Below are positions 38,661 to 51,575 of a DNA stretch of 64,000 bases, piece after piece. The stretch is from Octopus bimaculoides (Eukaryota), in the NCBI RefSeq assembly GCF_001194135.2, contig NC_068982.1, positions 9,406,353-9,470,352 on the forward strand. Direction: 5' to 3'. The stretch's first letter is position 1, and the number at the start of each line of letters is the position of its first letter. The translations under genes and the position numbers were made by a program. The notes beneath the pieces are model-generated. The model saw only the letters and a list, made by a program, of their open reading frames with translations, was not told the DNA's origin and made no database searches.

Positions 38661-39772
38661 GCACAAACGAAAAGAAAAATTACAGTGAGATAGGACACCG
38701 CAACTTGAAAGAAGTAAGTGGTAAGTCATTATAATTTTGAGAGGAATGATTGTCTGAACTTTGTAGGAAAAAATGGAAAAAATAATGGAAAATTTGAAAC
38801 TGTTAAATGAACGGTTTTCCTAAAGGTTTTTAAACACTGTGATAAACATTTTCTTTTTTTAGTTTAAAAAAAAAGGAAAAGAAATAAACGGGCAAAAGCG
38901 AAGAGGGAAGTCGCGGTTTCGCCTCGGAGCGAGGCTAAAGGTTGTGTTAAAAGGAATACGCTGTTTCATCTCGCAGCGGGAAGGAGATGGTCGATTCATT
39001 TGCATCGTAAATATACTCATTTCACATTCATTCATCCTTCATATGTTGTATGTTCTCGCATGCCTTTGTATGCCCCCTCTGTAATTAGGCCTTGTGTCTG
39101 TAATAAAGAATTAATCTCTAGCGGACAGAATACGGGAAAAGATGGAAGTATGTGGCGAAGAAGTTGGGGTGAACAACCCTGCTTAATCTTATCCATTAAT
39201 CTTATCCATAAAGAAGTACGGTGTAGCCGTTGAATTTCTCGGCCAAGTGTAAATTGGTAAAATCTTGTAAAATTTTAATTATATTATTCATCAACATATT
39301 TTTAAGATCCCATTAGAAACGAACTCATAAACACACTATTCGTTTGTAATGTCCTCTGTTGTCCCATCTATGTTTGATATGTAATTACCATAATAAAGAA
39401 TCAATCACTAACGTATATGCGTCCAGTACTGAGGAAGGGCAAATACACTGACACTAGGCTGGTCAACTGGTCCTGTCAAATTATGAGATGGTAAGGATTC
39501 GCTTCCCTGCTTGCAATATGCCGGACACAAGTTTTGTTAGCCGGCTGGAGAAGGTGTCCCCTGGAGTTGAAAAAACAGTTGTAACATCATTAGCCATGTT
39601 GAAATGGCAACAAACATTACTCTACTAGCACTAGCTGACCACGTGCCGTCAATAATGACGGCTAATTGAAGTATTCTATATATAAATAAGGTACAAAATA
39701 AGGTACATAATAATCACACATACAAACATTCACGTACTTCCCTTGTAAACATACACACATACACACATACAC

Positions 39773-39835
39773 AAAAATCAGCGTTTCAACTCTGTGTGAG
39801 CATATGGCTCACACAGAGTTGAAACGCTGATTTTT
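39773..39835. repeat. Perfect 29-bp inverted repeat with 5-nt loop
   Basis: aaaaatcagcgtttcaactctgtgtgagc-atatg-gctcacacagagttgaaacgctgattttt. Confidence 0.95.
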
Positions 39836-41770
39836 TTTCACCCCTCCCTTTCTCTCATTCCCTCTCAGTCACTACACCTTCACTGAATTACTATTTACTT
39901 TCTTCCTCTGCGTCCAGCGTGATTCTGGACAAATACATACATATATATATANNNNNNNNNNNNNNNNNNNNNNNNNNNNNNNNNNNNNNNNNNNNNNNNN
40001 NNNNNNNNNNNNNNNNNNNNNNNNNNNNNNNNNNNNNNNNNNNNNNNNNNNNNNNNNNNNNNNNNNNNNNNNNNNNNNNNNNNNNNNNNNNNNNNNNNNN
40101 NNNNNNNNNNNNNNNNNNNNNNNNNNNNNNNNNNNNNNNNNNNNNNNNNNNNNNNNNNNNNNNNNNNNNNNNNNNNNNNNNNNNNNNNNNNNNNNNNNNN
40201 NNNNNNNNNNNNNNNNNNNNNNNNNNNNNNNNNNNNNNNNNNNNNNNNNNNNNNNNNNNNNNNNNNNNNNNNNNNNNNNNNNNNNNNNNNNNNNNNNNNN
40301 NNNNNNNNNNNNNNNNNNNNNNNNNNNNNNNNNNNNNNNNNNNNNNNNNNNNNNNNNNNNNNNNNNNNNNNNNNNNNNNNNNNNNNNNNNNNNNNNNNNN
40401 NNNNNNNNNNNNNNNNNNNNNNNNNNNNNNNNNNNNNNNNNNNNNNNNNNNNNNNNNNNNNNNNNNNNNNNNNNNNNNNNNNNNNNNNNNNNNNNNNNNN
40501 NNNNNNNNNNNNNNNNNNNNNNNNNNNNNNNNNNNNNNNNNNNNNNNNNNNNNNNNNNNNNNNNNNNNNNNNNNNNNNNNNNNNNNNNNNNNNNNNNNNN
40601 NNNTATATATATATATATATCAAAATGAGCAACAAGGTTATCCAAAGTTAATGCAGCACGATCGTTTCACGCAACTCCATTTATTTAAGCAATGTGAACA
40701 TTACATCAAATGTAAAATGCAGAGCAATCCTCAGCTGCAAAAAGATATAGAAATTTACTGAAATTACATTTCAACAGCAGGACGAATTTTTATAACTACA
40801 TTTAAACTCTCCAAGTAGAAAGGAAGAATGCAAAAAGACAAAAGATATATATATATATATGTATTGAGAGAGACAAGCAGACAGAGACATGCAAATGCTA
40901 ATAGAGGCCACTTTGACGGATAACAGCAAACAATTCACTATTTCGTACGTTTTATATTTTCATATAGATAAACTGTATTAGAAATTATGTTATTTTTTTC
41001 CCAATTCACAAGACAAAAGTATACTTACTTTTTAGATTCAATGATGTACGTCGGAATAAAATCAATATTGTATTCAGTGCATATACGTCTTAAAGTACAA
41101 GCGTGTTTAAAGCACGTGTGAATAGAAGACGCGCGAACTGCACTATATTTCTGTGTACTGCTAATGATGTTACTAATATCAGAGATGCGCAGAATTAGAT
41201 TTCAGTAAGAAAGTATTCTTTAGATGTCTATTTTATCTTAGAATAGAAAACAAAAAAAGAGAAGTGAGTGCGCGATAATAATAGCTAGATGAAATACGTC
41301 TGCATGATTAATGCAAAATTCAATAAAAAGAAATGCACTCAGGAAGAAGATGGAAAAATATAAGACATAATAGTTTGATGGATTAATAAATTAAAAATAG
41401 CTTTTGTGTATAGATTTTATAGTTCGAAATATCAGTTGTCTACAGTTTTGAAATTAGAGAACTGAACTATAAAACTAAATGTATTTCGGTTAAAATATGG
41501 AACACAGGTAAGAAATGTATAAAAGTACTTAAATGCTTGCAAAAATGAAAGAGCATTTTCCGTTGCAGAAGGTTAGAGTAAGTGTCAAATTCATAGAAAT
41601 AAAAGATAATAGTTGAACTGCTTGTAAATTGCGTTCCTGCTGCGGAATAAGCTAACATTGTTTCATTTTTGTATTTACCTATTGATTTGTTTCTTTTTTT
41701 ATATCACAATTCATTTTTCATCATGCAGGTCGTTAATCAAAAGTTTTCGCGCCATCAATATACCTGTATT

Positions 41771-41942
41771 TTTTTTTAAGATATAGATCTATGTTGCAAT
41801 CTATATCTTTTTAAAAAATATATATCTATATTTGTTTTTAAAGATATAAATCTATATTTTTTCAAGATATAGATCTATATATTTTTTAATATATAGATCT
41901 ATATCATTACCTATGTCGTTTTTAAAGATATAGATCTATATT
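41771..41942. repeat. Degenerate minisatellite of the palindromic unit ATATAGATCTATAT
   Basis: About 6 variant copies separated by T/A-rich spacers. Confidence 0.8.
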
Positions 41943-42639
41943 GCATAAAGTATTCTTTCGTACTTTATCACAGAAGAGCGTGATCTTTAAGATATGGCTA
42001 TTTTAGTAGATCGATTCACATAGATTCTCTCAAGAGAATAAGTACAGGGTATACTTAAATTGCCTTTACAATTTATGAAATTTATAAAACAAAACTTAAA
42101 AGAAGTGTAAGTGAATAGAGCTTAGCATGGGCGCCATTCATTACAAACAAGATGATCGATGGATCTCACTTGAATAGATACAATAAATTTCAGCAATGTT
42201 AAAGATACTTTTTGAACCTCTTGTAATTCTGAAGAGGGTATTTATGTATCCCCAAAATTTTAATTAATTCAACATACATCTAAACTAATGTTTTTCTAAT
42301 TTATATATTGTGAATATACGATAGAGAGATTGACAGATAAATAATAATATGCAACAGATACATCGTAAATATAACGGAGGAAGCAGGTATATAAATCGGG
42401 ATTATAGTGAAGATGTGTGTCTTTTTTATATGGTATTGTGAGGAGATTCCGATGAAAACGATGTAAAACTTATTTATATGAATTCTGCTTTACTGGACTT
42501 TTTCAATTATTTGACTGCTATGAAAGCATTTGAAAATTTGAATATTAATAAAAGTACATAAGCCCCATAGGTAATGAAACCTTTCCAATACGACTAACAT
42601 TAGTTTTTAGAGTACAGTTTTAACTCTATTTAGAAAAGG

Positions 42640-42724
<85 letters not shown>

Positions 42725-42775
42725 TAATAATAAAAATAATAATAATAATAAGGATAATAACAATAATAATAAAAC
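42640..42775. repeat. (AAT)n microsatellite with degenerate tail
   Basis: Direct reading. Confidence 0.95.
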
Positions 42776-43552
42776 TTATAAATTTTAAAAGCTGCTTTTC
42801 TTGAAAAAATGATTTGCTTTGTTTAGTCATATCCATTTCAAATATTAAATCACATCAGTTTTAAGCATGAAGAAGCAAAATAAAATAATTTCAAAAAAAA
42901 AGACAAAGGCAAGAAAATACGACTTTGATGAAAAGGAAGTTCTTTCTCTTCAAAATTACATTTCACTAAAACAAAAATGAAATGTTTCTTCGAGTCGTAA
43001 TTAGCAGATCGATTTTGAATGCAAAAGGAAACACGGAGACAAAATTGAGTAACTGCTTGCAATTCAAACATTTTCTTTCACGAAAAACAAAATAATTAGC
43101 GTTGAGAACGGAATCAATAGATGTGCATCGTTTGATCTCGTTTCAAATTTTCATTTATCGTTTGTTTTTCTTCCATACTGTGTCAGTACTAATATTTCGT
43201 TCATGCTCTGTATCTCTGAATTTCTCGTACGTTTACATAGTAATAAATTAGGAACAGCAACAGAATTTCATTGATCTATTCTTTCTTATTTTATAAGCTA
43301 CCATGGAGATCTCTCCATATGCCTTATTTCGCATTATTCATAGGGTGTATCACATATCAAATGGCATGGCAAGTTTCTAAAGTCAACTAATTCACATTAC
43401 GGCATTACATTACAGTAACTTATAATATTCCATATGCCACATGTGTGATATGCCTGCGCACACCCACACACCCACACACACACACATACAAGCATACACA
43501 CATAAAGAAATATACACGCACATACACACATGCATGTATATATATGTATGTG

Positions 43553-43602
<50 letters not shown>

Positions 43603-43875
43603 NNNNNNNNNNNNNNNNNNNNNNNNNNNNNNNNNNNNNNNNNNNNNNNNNNNNNNNNNNNNNNNNNNNNNNNNNNNNNNNNNNNNNNNNNNNNNNNNNN
43701 NNNNNNNNNNNNNNNNNNNNNNNNNNNNNNNNNNNNNNNNNNNNNNNNNNNNNNNNNNNNNNNNNNNNNNNNNNNNNNNNNNNNNNNNNNNNNNNNNNNN
43801 NNNNNNNNNNNNNNNNNNNNNNNNNNNNNNNNNNNNNNNNNNNNNNNNNNNNNNNNNNNNNNNNNNNNNNNNNNN

Positions 43876-43910
<35 letters not shown>

Positions 43911-44423
43911 GTGCACGGTTTTGTTTCAGTTTGAATACATACACACACACATACAACACACGTATACACACACGCACACATATAATTATGCGTATGTGTG
44001 TGTGTGTGTGGATAAATGTATGTGTGTGTGTGTGTGGATAAATGTATGTGCGTGTTCGTAAATATTCGTAGATCTGAATTATTAACACTAACACATTAAA
44101 TATTTAATATGATTGGCATTCAACAGTCCAATAGTCCATTATTGTAGCTTTGGATAAAAAAGATTGGGTTTTCTGCTACAATTAAATTGTCATTGCGAGA
44201 ACAATCACGCAGCAGACAAAGCGAAACTTTAGCTTCAGCTGAAAGACTAAAACCCAATATCAGAAATCCTCATCTCACATTCCGACTGTTATATACGAAT
44301 ATCAATTTATTTGCTAAAGGAGACATTTATACAATTTTGTGCCCGTAAAAAAATACAGCTAGGTAACAGTAGACTTCAGTCAGCAGTCAATCAATCTATC
44401 TATCAATCTATCAATCGCTCCAA

Positions 44424-44635
44424 GGCGGCGATCTGGCAGAAACGTTAGCACGCCGGGCGAAATGCTTAGCGGTATTTCGTCTGTCTTTACGTTCTGAGTT
44501 CAAATTCCGCCGAGGTCGATTTTGCCTTTCATCCTTTTTCGGTCGATAAATTAAATACCAGTTGCGTACTGGGGTCGATCTAATCGACTGGCCTCCTTCC
44601 CCAAAGTTTCGGACTTTGTGCATAGAGGAGAAATG
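44424..44635 (+). mobile_element. tRNA-derived SINE family B (B1)
   Basis: Full head, core and tail; AATCTATCAATCG is repeated at 44405-44417 and 44636-44648 (probable TSD). Confidence 0.9.
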
Positions 44636-44959
44636 AATCTATCAATCGATTTATAAGTCTCCCTGTGTATATATACTGTATACATATGCATACGTATCGT
44701 GCACGGACAGGGTACCGAATGCACTTTTGCCGAAGGACGAGAAACCTAAGCCAAGAAGCCGAACGGACACAATGCTGAACGGACGTAAAGCCGAACGCAC
44801 ACAATAATGTAAAAAAAAAATGACCATTTCTACCTACGCAGTTTAATGATAAGTTCAGTCTGTCAGATGTTCATATTGTAGGAGTGAAATGATTATCATA
44901 TAATTTAATTTTCGTCTGTCTCTGCTATGTCATTGAAAATGATTGTATTTTATAGTGAG

Positions 44960-45050
44960 AATTTATTAAAAAAAAAACCAAAGACAAAGATGGGTGTAAA
45001 CAACAAACAGATGTATCAGTTTAACAGTCGGGAAGTGAGAAAGTCTTTTG
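44960..45050 (-). mobile_element. Fragment of a second Penelope-type end family (homologous to 53060-53150)
   Basis: Reverse complement reads aaaagactttctcacttcccga..gttaaactgatacatctgtttgttgtttacacc, matching the region downstream of the 53031 motif. Confidence 0.7.
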
Positions 45051-45164
45051 TCAAAATATTTTCGTCGCTTTGAAACTGCGACCTGTTCATTGACAAAATT
45101 CCGCGCTGCATCTGAATTTTTTCAGTGAACAGCTCACAGTTTCAAAGCGACTAAAATATTTTGA
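45051..45164. repeat. Imperfect 51-bp inverted repeat (5 mismatches, 12-nt loop)
   Basis: tcaaaatattttcgtcgctttgaaactgcgacctgttcattgacaaaattc versus the reverse complement of 45114-45164. Confidence 0.85.
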
Positions 45165-45452
45165 GAAATTAAATTTAAATGCTGAAGTGAATCTAACGAT
45201 TTTTGCGTGTTTTTAAATGGCTTATAAACACCTTCCACGCTACACTCGTGTATATATATATATATATATATATATATNNNNNNNNNNNNNNNNNNNNNNN
45301 NNNNNNNNNNNNNNNNNNNNNNNNNNNNNNNNNNNNNNNNNNNNNNNNNNNNNNNNNNNNNNNNNAAAAAACTTGGATGTGTTTAGACCAAAGATTGGTT
45401 CATGCCATGTCTTACTTAAAAGCACCATCTGATAGGATTATCTAAATCCTTT

Positions 45453-45865
45453 TTAAGTCAAGTTTTGTGGTATCATGGTCCATTCGAGTAGGGAGTTCTT
45501 GTTGAGTGAGTTGTATCCAGGTATAGGTGACTTATCTCGTATTCCTTGAAGAAATTTGTCCAGATTCAGTTTAAAGGTGATGGGATCCTTTTCCTCTTTA
45601 ATCTGTTTTGGGACAATGTTAAATAGGGCAAGGCCTGCTGAGGAAAAGAAATTGTGCTGCAGTGTATTTATGTGCTGTGATCCTGAATTGGATAGGGGAC
45701 GTATGGCCAGTAGTCCTAGCCTTGGATGAATCTTTAAGCTAATGTTGAGGTCGTTTGGGCAATGCTGGCAGTATGTTCTCCACATCATCATGCAAATGAT
45801 GTATCGCTCGCGGCGGCGCTGGAGAGAGTAGAGTTTCAATGCTTTAAGGCGGTCCCAGTAATCGA
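45453..45865 (-). pseudogene. 3' fragment of CR1-type LINE ORF2
   Basis: DYWDRLKALKLYSLQRRRERY...HPRLG...LFNIVPKQIK...FKLNLDKFL...PGY...NSLL matches the characteristic CR1-clade C-terminus. Confidence 0.85.
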
Positions 45866-46629
45866 GAATCGTTTAGCGTATTCCCTCTGGGTTGATTCAA
45901 TTTTCAAGATGTTTTGCTTTGTATGGGGAGACGAGAAAAATGCGAATAGAGGAAAAGTGTAAATGGGAAATAAGTGAACACATGAGGAACAGAGACAGGC
46001 AACGATTGTAATAGTAAGAGATTCCGCGTGCTAAACTACTTCTTTCATTAACAGAAGTCCCCATAGATTTTATTGACAGATATGTGTATTGAATTGGATT
46101 TGAATGTATAAACCCTTTTGGGTTTTAATGCAAAACCATTTAGAAACCTAAACTTCAGGTAATCTTTAAGTCCCTCTGTTTCGTTTGTTATATATGTGTA
46201 TACTCTGAGTACAATTTATTATAAAGTTCGGCACTATAAATAATTCTTTTCCACTAATATAAATCTGTTAAAGATCTGCTGTTTGGGGCTATTTGCTTCG
46301 ACCTAAATGAAATAACCACTTTATTTGTTTGATATCTAGCCAATCATAAAGAGATTACGTCTGAAGAGACATTTGCACGCTAATGAAAAATCGGTTTCTT
46401 GTCTAATTATGCAGAAAATGTACTGAAATATAAGCACTTGTAAAGCTCGTTATCGTATTACTGATACAAAGATTCACGATTGCTAACGAGAATTTCGTTT
46501 CAAAGTTTCACTGTAAACTTCCATATTAGTTTTCGTGAAGCCACGAACTCATTTATCTTGAAAATTAGCTTGAAGGTGGAAAAGTTTAGCATATATTCAT
46601 TCACCCTATATAGATGAAATGTTGTATTT

Positions 46630-47020
46630 TATATTTTATATTTTATTGTTTCCATGGACTGCGGCCATGCTGGAGCACCTTCTTGAAAGGTTTCGTTGAA
46701 CAAATCTACTCCAGTACTTTGTTCTGGTGCTTATTCTATCGATCTTTTTTTCCTGAACCGCTAAATTTACAGTGACATAAACTGACCAACATCGGTTGAC
46801 AAGCGGTGGGGGTATGTGTGTGTATATGTGTCTGTGTGTCTGCGCGTGTCTGTGTGCCTGTGTACGGTAATCATCTTTCCTTTTCCGTTTAAATAATCCA
46901 CTCACAAGATTTTTGTTGGCTAGGAGCTATAGCAGAAGACATGTTCCCGAGGGTAAACGCAATGGAACTGAACCCGTGATATGGAAGCAAAATTCTTACC
47001 ACATAGCTACAGCTACACCT
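46630..47020 (-). mobile_element. Old, diverged SINE family A copy
   Basis: gactgcggccatgctggagcacc, atccactcacaag, gaactgaacc and ttaccaca.agc blocks in the expected order. Confidence 0.8.
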
Positions 47021-47832
47021 TCGCCTAAGAAAGTAACTGGTTTAGTAATCAAAAGTAGTTGAAACAACAAATAATGGCTTCAAATTTTGACACAAGTTAA
47101 GTAATTCTTAAGTTTTAAAAATTACATCGTCTGATATGCGCAAGTGGTACTCATTGTATCGATCCAAAAAAGATCGACAGGAAAAGGTGACTCCGGTGAA
47201 TATTGAACTCATATCTTAATTAAGGAGAAGTAATACCGTTTTGACATTTGTTTCCGAGACTCTAACAATTTTGTCAGCTCGCCGTCTTGAAATAAGGTAA
47301 AGTTTAGCATAAAACGTATTTCTAACGTTTCCTTGGAATTTTCACCTACCAATTCGTTGAAGTCTATATATTTGAATCCATTTAATGCTTTGTCCAAAGG
47401 TGTCTCATTGTATATTTTATGCGATGTATCAACGACAATACAGCTAATTGGATATCGAACTATTTAAGACGTAGCTAATTAATGTTTTAATTAAACACAG
47501 CAAAGCTTTGATAAGTTTAATAATTCTTGTTGCTGAGAGGTTAGATAGTGACATCTGTTGAGCGTCGGACAAATTAATGTGCGGTATCCTTTTGGTTTAT
47601 TTTTTACTTTAAGGCCTGATTTGAAATGCCAGTTAATTTCTCATGCCCTTTACCTTGCGCAGATCGCAAAATAAGTCCTGTGATCATGCGTGGGTAGCTG
47701 CACAACACGAGATAAATTTACAGTAATTAAAAAACAAACTGCCTACGTGAATGTATGGCGGAAATATGTTAAAAGCTTAAAGTTCTCCAGCTTGTAGCAA
47801 ATACTTATTTTCATTAGAGTAGAATAATAAAA

Positions 47833-48012
47833 AGGCAGTGATCTAGCACCATTGTAGAACGCCGGACAGAATGTTTAACAGAATTTTGTCTAGCTTTACG
47901 TTCTGAATTCAAATTCCACCGAGCTCGACTTTACCCTTCATCCGTTCAGGTTCGCTAAAATAACTACCCCACATCTCCAAAAATTCAGGCCTTGTGCCTA
48001 TAGAAGAAAGGG
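47833..48012 (+). mobile_element. Diverged SINE family B copy
   Basis: ttacgttctgaattcaaattccaccgagctcgactttacc ... aaaattcaggccttgtgcctatag. Confidence 0.75.
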
Positions 48013-48689
48013 TAATAATGAAATGCTACACCAATTGAAGATGTAACAGGCATAATGTCAATTTTTACAGAATGATCATATGAAATGGATATAGGATATC
48101 CCTAATTGATTAGAAAGTTTTAACAAGAGTAAAATCTACTGAAGTATCGTATAACAAAATATAATGTTATATTGCACGTATCACTTCTCGTCTGTTAATA
48201 CTGTACAAGCTGAAATCAAGAGCATTAACCTTTTCGTATATATAAAAAAATTACGTATATTATAAGTTCATTAAACATCAAATTAGATATATCTCTTCTT
48301 CCATTAGACAACACAAAATATTCATTAACATTTAACATTATGTAGACTATTGAATATTGTTAAGATCAATAACCCAGGAAAAACTTTTATACAAAAGGGA
48401 AATAGATAAAATTAAATTTAGTTCCTCAACACTTTTAATTATAGGAAATTTTCTAAAACAAGATGCGTGTCTCATTATGCATACTGTACAATTTTGTGCG
48501 CGAAACTCAACTAGAAAATGCATATAAATTCGCAATCGATGCCCATAATATCATTAGAAATTTAAAGATTTCAAGAATTTGCCTAGGTCCGTTGCAGAAA
48601 CGTTTTGTAATTAAGCACTTCTTTTAGTTTTCAAATATTCGAGCGAGTTACATACACATTAGATGATTATGTTACAGAAGTATTTCTCC

Positions 48690-48727
48690 GCTCCTCCTCC
48701 TCCTCCTCCTCCTCCTCCTCCTCCTCC

Positions 48728-48794
<67 letters not shown>

Positions 48795-48875
48795 TATCAT
48801 CATCATCATTATCCTCGTCGTCGTCCTCCCCCTCCTCCTCTTCCCTTTTCTTCTTCTTCTTCTTCTTCTTCCTCA
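48690..48875. repeat. (CCT)n(CAT)n(TTC)n compound trinucleotide repeat
   Basis: Direct reading; source of the poly-Pro/His and poly-Asp/Glu ORFs. Confidence 0.95.
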
Positions 48876-49525
48876 CCACAATTAAATCATAATTATAAAA
48901 TTGGCATACACTTAAAGCACATAAAAAAAAACAACAACGTATTCTTTTACTGAGGGAAAATGAAAAACGGTCATTGTAACAAGAGTTTAAAGACAACTTT
49001 CTCGTCGGGTAAATATAAGTTTTGAAGAATCAAGAAAAACCGTGATTGATAAGCACTCAAAATTAACGAATTTGTATCAATAATAATGGAAGATATATAT
49101 CACGCTGCTGGAGAAGAAACACGACAATCGCTGCAAGCTTCTACCGGATGTTCTTCCTTCTTTCTCCCACAGATATTAGCTCTGTTGCAATTTTCAAATA
49201 AAAGATACCTAACAGTTATAATTAGTATCCTTAGTTGAAAACACAATCAATAGAAATCAAGAAAATATAATAGTAACTATGAAGCCAGAGTTTCTTGATA
49301 TGAACAAAGCTGAAAAGAAATAAAAAAACGAAAAATGAACTAACATAATCTGATGAATGGCAGAAACTTACGATCAGATAATTGTTCTCATTATCTTCCT
49401 TGTTGATTCAAACATTGACGGCCATACTTGCCTCTTATTTTATTTATTTATTTATTTATTTATTTTTATTTGTATCCCTTGTTTTTCTTCAGTATCCTGT
49501 GAACAAGATCTCTATATCTAAGATC

Positions 49526-50049
49526 GGATGTTTTCTGTTTGGCTGCAACTTTGGAAATTTTATATTCAGTGAAAATTTTAAATTTGGTGTATTGGTGTGA
49601 TTTTTTATGCTGAATCTCAGGAGATAATTCACTTTTTCCAGAAAAATCTTTTAAAAATGTTACAGTGTGTTAAAGTTTGATAATTTTTACTCAGACAGCA
49701 AACAGGATTTGGAAGCTGTCATTTTGTGCGTGGCAGCACGTGGTCTCAATTGTAAGCAAATGAAATATTGGCGGAATTCTGCTTTGCGCACGCTATATAA
49801 CCCTTCATAATATTTTCTATGCTTTGGAACTTTCAGAAACATTTTGTAAATTTGTATTCTACTCACGAGAATTCATACGATTATGCAAAAATGAAAAAAA
49901 ATAAAAACATTGGTGCGTGATTTAAGGCTTAAAACACGTGAGGTGTGAGGTTATCGGGAGATGTACTAAAAATGTACTAAAAATAATATGAAATCAATCA
50001 GAACAAAAGTTGAAGAAATTGAAAAGTGTGAGCCAAACAGAAAAGATCC
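49526..50049. mobile_element. MITE with 19-bp TIRs GGAT(G/C)TTTTCTGTTTGGCT
   Basis: TIRs at 49526-49544 and 50031-50049 (1 mismatch). Flanking 8-mers match only 5/8. Confidence 0.65.
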
Positions 50050-51541
50050 TTTAAATCTCTTCTACTATCCCTAAAATCCCCTTTAATAATTGTGCATCAG
50101 CGTAGAGCTTCATCACCAAAAGTAACATAGAGTAATCCTTCGACTATCGTAGATGTTATGTGCCAAATCCCCACCCGCAATAGGTGAAAATCCGCGAAGT
50201 AGAAACAGTACTGTATATTTTTAAAATTATTTCTATAATTTGTATATATTTATTTTATAAATGCAAAACAACACCACAGAAGAATCGACGTAAGCTTAAA
50301 TAATAAGGTGAACCTCCATATGGCGAAGGATTACTGTATATGTAAGACGACGAATATATAATGGTCTTTACATATTCCCTTTTCGGCTAACAGTTGTTTC
50401 TTATAATAAAAATTAGTTCGTTCATCGATCTGTTTATTCCATCGGTCCCTGGATCGGCTGAGAAATTTGACGACCTTGAAAAATAATGCTATCTTTGTCG
50501 GAGTCGGCGTTTCCAATGAAACACGATAAATGAGGTATATAGACAGAGGGAGGGGTAGCGGCGAAAAGAGGTTAGAGTAACGAGTGGAAGAAAGAGAAAG
50601 AGAAAATAAAGAGAAAAAGAAAGGATAAATCGGAGAAGAAAAGCAAATGGAAAGAGAAAGAAAAGGATACAAAAGGAAAGTAAAAAGTAGAGGAAAGAAG
50701 ATACAGAAAGGAAGAATGAAGACAGAAATCGCGAGGAGAAGTAAACCAGAGCCTAATCAGGGGACAGTTATAGAATTTATTTTGGAGGCCTTTGTCTGTA
50801 ATTTGGTGGCCTTTTTCTGTAATTAGTTCAACAGTCTCCAAACATTTACGTTGTCGTCTCAGGTCACATATGATCTAGACATGGGTTTGAAATCTGACAT
50901 TGGTCACATCCGGCAGTGGTCATTTTGAACCTTTAAGTTTATGGGGTTTACTACTATCTCAATTTGGGTTTTTTGTTGCTGTTCAAAGAGAAATATGATA
51001 AAAAGTAGAAGGATAAATTGAAGGAGGAAAAAAGGACAACAGCGACGATACTAAGATTAGAAGGTGCGTAGAGATGCTACGCGGATATCAGAGCCAGTTT
51101 TAGTAAAATAGTAAAAGTGGAGAGTATACCGAGACATACACATACACACGTACACACACACTCACACACACATATATTCTTGTATATATAACATATACAC
51201 ACATACGTAGTGTGTGTGTGTGTGTGTGTGTACTTCAAAATCTCATTACTTATAAAAGACAGAGATCTTTATGTTTCTCTTTTAGAAACTACATCAAGCT
51301 TTACTTAATGTCAGTCGATACTAGTCTGGTGAAACCATAAATAGTGTATTAACGTCCACCGAAATGGAACGAATAAAACAACTTTCTTTTTAACAAAATT
51401 TCCAACCACATCTTGAAAAAGAAATTAAGTCTAACATTACTTCCAAGCTGCTAAGCTGAACGAGTTCCGTTTTCCTAGTTGTCACGTTCGTCAGCCTCCG
51501 TCCTGGATTCAAATTTTTATCACCATCACGAAACACACACA

Positions 51542-51575
<34 letters not shown>

